Origin: Selaginella moellendorffii | Lineage: Eukaryota; Plantae; Lycopodiophyta | DNA: 53,178 nucleotides | Direction: 5' to 3' | Assembly (NCBI RefSeq): GCF_000143415.4 | Contig: NW_003314465.1 | Span: 1-53,178 of the forward strand | Shown: positions 47,663 to 53,178 of the stretch, in pieces | Position numbering within the stretch: position 1 is the stretch's first letter | How the letters are laid out: each line of letters begins with the position of its first letter | Notes under the pieces: generated by a model | The model's input: only the letters and a program-made list of their open reading frames with translations | Databases searched by the model: none | Told to the model about the DNA's origin: nothing | Made by a program: the position numbers and the translations under genes

Positions 47663-50600
47663 TGCCAAAGGAATCCCAATGGAAATGGGAATGGCATAGC
47701 CTAAGCTGCAGAGCATGTAGTTGGAGTGTGGTGACCCAGATAATGATGGAGGTGTGAAAGCACCAAACAATGAGTTGTAGGACTTGACAACTATGAGGCA
47801 ACTAAGCAAGAGGTGCAAAATAACTGGTTGAACAGGTAGAAGGTAGCTACCCAAGACTTCTTAATAGCATAGGGAAGTCGGATACACCCTTACGGGGGAT
47901 AAGTTGCCTGTGTTGCGATATAGTAAGTCAATGTCATAAAAGGAAATACTCATTGTCAAAAAAAAACCATCATTGGGACACCCAAACACTCTAGAACACC
48001 AGAAGGTGGTGTTTGATGTCGCGAGGGCAATGGATAAAGCCCAAGGGACTAAGTCCCTAGCGAATGATGGATAGAAGGTGCTATCCAAATGTCCAAGGTT
48101 ACGGAGACAGAAGAGGACTGTCTACCCGAGTTGGACAAAGCCAAAAATGGAATTTTGGCAAGGCTAGTGATGGGCATGCAAAGGCCCATAAGCAACAATG
48201 TAATCCCAGTGTGTGGGATTATAAGGTGAGCATACCCGGATTGAGGAAGCCCTCCCTAGGCTATTGGGTAGGTTCATCCCTAAGAATACTTGCTAAAGCA
48301 TGATAGAAAGTGCAAAGCTATCCTCCTGGTTTGGAGGAGAATGACCAAAGGAAAGGTGTGAAGCCAAAAAGCAAGAAGTAAGGGGATAGAACCAAACCGT
48401 AGGAATCAAAGGGCATAACCAAGGTTGGTTATGCCAGCTGGGAGTGGAGAATCAAGTGGGGGCTCGAGGGTGTTGCCGCTAGCAACCGTGATGCCATGGA
48501 GAGTCTAAAATATGGAATTGTCCATGTTAGACTATGTGGCATTTGGAAGGCTTGCAAAAAAGGAGGCCTTAGCAAGCTGAGGGACAGAGTTCCTTCAAGG
48601 TTCCCAAAGACGATTCTAGGTAGCTTAGTACCTAGAAAGGCCAAGTGTAAATGGTTCATGGAACGCGCGAAATCAGAGTGGCGCAGCAGAAGCGTGGTCT
48701 TGAAGCTTGCCATGAGGCAAGGCTATCAAGGTTAGGGAAGTAGTTCCCGAGTGTTCAAAGAGAGGGCTTTGAACGAAAGTCGATGGTCAAGGACTTTCAC
48801 GCTTATGCAGGAACCATGTTACAGTGGTCGGAGGACTTGCCAAGCGAGATTGGCACGTCAGGGGAACAAATACCCTAGTTGAAGGTGATAACTTCAAAAA
48901 GGGTGGGCCATGGGGCCGAGCATGGAGGAGTCCATGCATGATCATAGACATGTCAAGTGAGAGGACTTGGCAGTGTGGAGGAACTAGGTTCCTAAGTTGT
49001 GATCTGTAGCGCGCTTTAAAAATAAGTTGGTGCACTGGCGTGGGGAGTCACGCCAGGCATCTTGTGTGATGCCGTCCGTAGATGCATATACAGAGGTTGG
49101 GTTCGAGTCCCGACCCTCTAGTGCTTGGGTTCGAGTCCCAAATCACTAGGGCGTGGTGATGGTTTGGAATATGAGGACACTCATATTTTGGTGGTCATGG
49201 ACTCTCAGTGGGGAGACTGGTTTGGGCCCACCGCCAAGCGAGGGATGCCTCGGAGTCGTGATGCACGGTTAGATTGCTTAGTGTGAAAGCTCAGCATATC
49301 TAACTTGAACACTTTGGTGCAAGTGGCACCAAGGTCGTGGTGAGTGAGATGGGGACACCTAATCTCAGTTGCTATGAACCCTTGGCCGTAAGGGCTAGCT
49401 TGGGTGCACCGCCAAGTGTGGGGGATGCCCCCGGGGTTATAGTCAACAACTTGGAGGTCTAGAAGACCAAGTACCTCTTGGCAACTCTGTTAAGGTGCCA
49501 AGGTGAGATCACCAGGTGATCTTATGGCCAGATAAGGACAAGGTCCTTGGTTGGCTAAGGAATGAAGTTCCTGGTTCAAAATGTTGAAATTGAACTGTTT
49601 AAGGTGGTGTGGCTTGGTCGTGATGACCAAGTGGGAAGAGCACCTAAGGGAAGTAAACTATGTCCGTGCGATGGCATAGTGAGTCCGAGGAAAGTAGTCT
49701 CTAAAGAGACCCATGGGAGGGTCACAAAGTTGGGCCATGGATAGAGCCCATAGCAGAAGATGCTAAAAGAGACTTACTAGGGGTGAACACCCTAGTCTTG
49801 GCAAAGCAGAGCCTTTGCTATGGAATCAAAAGAATACCTCAAGGAGGGAGGTAGAGATTCGATGTTGCTTGGTGCAACAATCAACGGATAGGAGCAAAAG
49901 ATGAGTGGCCAAGATAGGGCCATGGAATCCCTTGGAAGGAATCCAAGTGACAAAGTTAGGCGAGGAACACTAATGTGTTGGACGCTAACAAATTCCGGAA
50001 AAGGAAGTGTGTTTCCAAGGATGAATTCCGAATTGCTCTGATTTGGCGAAAGTGGAAGCTCCAAGGGAGGGAGCGGTAAGGTAGCCAAATGATAGGGCCA
50101 TGGACAGCCCTAGCACAAAGTATGATAACTGGAACTTTGGCACAAAATAGAAGAGAGGATGATGGTGCCCTCAAGTAATGAGCTTCCTAGGATGGGAAGT
50201 GGAGTTGCACAAAAAGGTGCAAGGCAAGGTGTCGGAGACACCTAGGAAATTGACTCCAAGAAGTCAAAATTCAAAGTTCCAAAGTGCAAAGGTTATATCG
50301 ATGGAAATCGAGACTACTCAAGAAGGAGTAGTGGGATTGACTTAGAGAAGGGTCTCTAAGAGGTTTAGCGGGAACTAAACCACTAAAAGGAGAGAACCAC
50401 TACATGTGGTCCAATCAGTCTCTAAGTTGGAGAGACTACCCTCCTTAGAGGATAGGCAAGGCATGGTGAGCCTTTGGTGTCAAACCATTAAAGAATATGC
50501 AAAAGGCATGGTGAGCCTTCAATGTCAAACCCTTGACAAATATTGGCTAGGTGCCAAGGATGTAAATGGTAACACGTGCGGGTGTTACTTTATAAAATGG

Positions 50601-51678
50601 TTTACCGTTCGATGAGGACATCGAACTTCGTCTATGGGTGGTGGAGTTGTGAGACACAAAATCCCTAGGCCCCAAAGTGGAGCCGGAAGGGCGCCACATG
50701 GTAGTGGCCGAAGCGAGAGCCAAACGAGCGTAACACGTTTGGACCAAAAGCTCCGACTTGAAAAGTCAAGAGCGGGAGTGGAACTCCCAACGAAGTGCTT
50801 GAGGAACGAGCACGAAGCGAGCAAAAGGCAAGGCTCCAAANNNNNNNNNNNNNNNNNNNNNNNNNNNNNNNNNNNNNNNNNNNNNNNNNNNNNNNNNNNN
50901 NNNNNNNNNNNNNNNNNNNNNNNNNNNNNNNNNNNNNNNNNNNNNNNNNNNNNNNNNNNNNNNNNNNNNNNNNNNNNNNNNNNNNNNNNNNNNNNNNNNN
51001 NNNNNNNNNNNNNNNNNNNNNNNNNNNNNNNNNNNNNNNNNNNNNNNNNNNNNNNNNNNNNNNNNNNNNNNNNNNNNNNNNNNNNNNNNNNNNNNNNNNN
51101 NNNNNNNNNNNNNNNNNNNNNNNNNNNNNNNNNNNNNNNNNNNNNNNNNNNNCTGGGGGGTTTGGTGAGCTCCAAAAGTATAGTAGGGGGAGGACTGCAG
51201 TGGAGCCAGTTTGGCCAGGAAAGGCCAGTTTGGCCCAGGAAGGCCGGACCCAGTGTTGGGTGATGAGCTGCCCACTGGGAAGTCCAAGACTAGAGTGAAC
51301 ACAGACTGACAAGTGGGGTAGCTTGGTGAAGTGTTCAAGAGCCGGCTCTAGTTCCCCCGGGAGATCGACTGGCCGATGCTCCCAGTCCAAGTGTGGGTGG
51401 CACTACCTACTTGGATACCAGGCGTGGCTCAACGGAACCTCGCTCTAAGCCCATGGCTAGAGCACCTAAAGGCGAAAGGTGGGGAGAGTACCCAGGTGGC
51501 TCGCGTAAGGCCACGGTGTTCCGAAATGGTGTCCCAAAGTCCCAGACTGTGGAAAGGAAGAGGGGTAGCAAGCCCCAAGTCCTGAGTTGGACTTATGGAG
51601 GTTGTGAATGAGACTCCTCCAAGTGGTCGGAGGTGTGGTTAAGTGACTAAAGTAGAATGGAAAAATTAGTCGCTTACA

Positions 51679-53178
51679 TACAGTTAGTGAAATGTAGACG
51701 GTCCTCCTCATCACAGTCTCCATTATACTGTCCAAACCTTTTTCTCCTTCCCTGAGTCTGTTATTAAGGTCGTTGAGAATATGTATCTATTCCTCATATG
51801 TAAGCTTTGACTTTGAGATGTTGTAAATAATCTCATCTGGAGTCTTGCCCACTAAGAAATAACTTTTGTGAGTAACCTTCATGTAAACGCAAACAATACT
51901 TACTTTCATGACAAGAAATTTCTATTATAATATCAAACCACTCCTTTGGGCGTCGAGGGTCAGCCATACTAAGTAATTTCTTTACCTTTGTCTTCTTTGT
52001 GTTGTTGATTTTCTTGTCAATTGTAGCTAATGCTCCAATAGTTCTTGATCATTTTCAGCTCGATACGATTGTGCATATGCATCTTGCTTAACCTTCACCA
52101 ATGGCTGAAGATAACACAAACATTCTATGATAAGAAGTATACTTGGAAAAACATACCTTACTCCACACAGCTCTTATAAAAGCCATTGGATTCTTGTACC
52201 ATCTATTAGCATCTTGACGACCTCGATGATGCCGAATAAGTGATGCTAAATCATCACCATAGTGGCTGCAGACTGCATCCTCGTCGAGATTGGCAAGAAA
52301 CCGGATTTGCTCAATATCATGTACTAGGCTTCGTTTCTGCACTGCAAACTATCCTAACTTGCAAAACACAAATTGTTAAAAGTGATGGAAGAGGGAGTGG
52401 TACCTATGCATTAATTTTGTGGCAAGCTATCACAAGCCTTGCCACATCTAGAGATCCTCTCGTATGTACATGTCCAGCCAGAACATTGATGTGATAGACA
52501 GGATTGTCTCGGAAGCATTCATTGATGCACTTTATCCACGCACACCAGCGATGATTCCCGTCGATAATGTAGAACATTTTCCCTACAAATTGTTGAGTCT
52601 CAAGATGGCTCATAAGCATGTTGTCAAATTTGCGGGACTTCATTTTCCAAATGTCATCCCAAACCCTCTCAATTTCTGGTGACACCGAGAGGGTATTTGT
52701 CGTTCCTGGCTTGAAGACCGAAACAAGGAACATACCTATATTTGTCCCAAGGCCATTATGTTTGTACAGACTATAGATGTTCATGTTGATGAAGTGTGGT
52801 GAAGCAGACCGAATGATGCTTGTCTGAGTGAATCGACATAGTGGGATTTCTCGGATTATGTCTCCCGGGCCTTCCCACTTGAGAAACTCTAGAGTCGTGT
52901 GAATGGCCTTTTCTTTGGTTCTCAAAACTGTCTCTTGTAAGTGCTTGTCTACAATGTGTTTAAGTAACTCCACTTCTCTTTCAGATTCAGCTACACCTCC
53001 AGTAGCACCATTATCAGATCTAGCCCCCAGCTCAGGCCCAACACCCCCGTCAGGCACACTTGGGCACTGCTTCGTAATGTAGCTAGTTTTTGCCATATTT
53101 TGTGAATATGTTAAGAGTAGTGGCATTTGTGGTTGTGACTGCAATGGTAGTGACGACAATCGCGCTGCTGGTGGTGAT
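51679..53178 (-). pseudogene. ParB-motif gene copy B, 5'/central part
   Basis: ORF 52404-53159 with FYIIDGNHRWCAWIKCI, plus further short-intron exons at 51680-52345 that are partly absent from copy A. Confidence 0.6.

Larger units (their letters stand above)
44752..51678 (+). mobile_element. Non-autonomous (LARD-like) LTR retroelement, ~6.9 kb
   Basis: LTRs 44752-46560 and 50648-51678 (tgtgag..cttaca); 5-bp TSD tacag/tacag; iMet-type PBS tggtatcggagc at 46564-46575; PPT atgggtggtggag. The internal region lacks long ORFs, with only faint integrase traces (QWKWE). Confidence 0.92.
26763..53178 (+). repeat. Large direct duplication, copy B (runs off the window)
   Basis: Collinear with 1502-21776, with copy-specific indels and one extra LTR element. 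Confidence 0.95.

Noticed and set aside
49097-49139. Two ttgggttcgagtccc B-box/T-loop-like motifs as a tRNA gene or SINE
   Set aside because: No cloverleaf, A box or acceptor stem could be built.

Overview
Eukaryotic plant DNA. The 47-68 bp introns, a PLS-PPR-type fragment and a Tcn1-like chromovirus point to a lycophyte such as Selaginella (inference). The window is a large direct duplication, copy A ~1502-21776 and copy B ~26763-53178 (window end), or two haplotypes joined in tandem. Each copy contains, in order: an old minus-strand gypsy pol remnant; a 3'-truncated chromovirus carrying a nested 194-bp solo LTR; a full-length 5.0-kb minus-strand gypsy element; a ~4.7-kb cassette bracketed by a long inverted repeat; and a decayed ParB/Srx-motif gene. 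The cassette holds host-gene fragments plus two apparently intact head-to-head genes with start codons 426 bp apart. One is a single-exon FCP1/SCP-type HAD phosphatase (195 aa). The other is a 6-exon stand-alone GCN2/eIF2-alpha-like kinase (357 aa, reconstructed by hand). In copy A the ParB-like gene is divergently paired with a decayed GCM-domain Mutator-like transposase. Copy B has an extra 6.9-kb non-autonomous LTR element containing a twice-repeated, covarying RNA-structure module. The kinase-phosphatase cassette is the most interesting candidate system. All family assignments come from motif recognition by eye; no searches were run.
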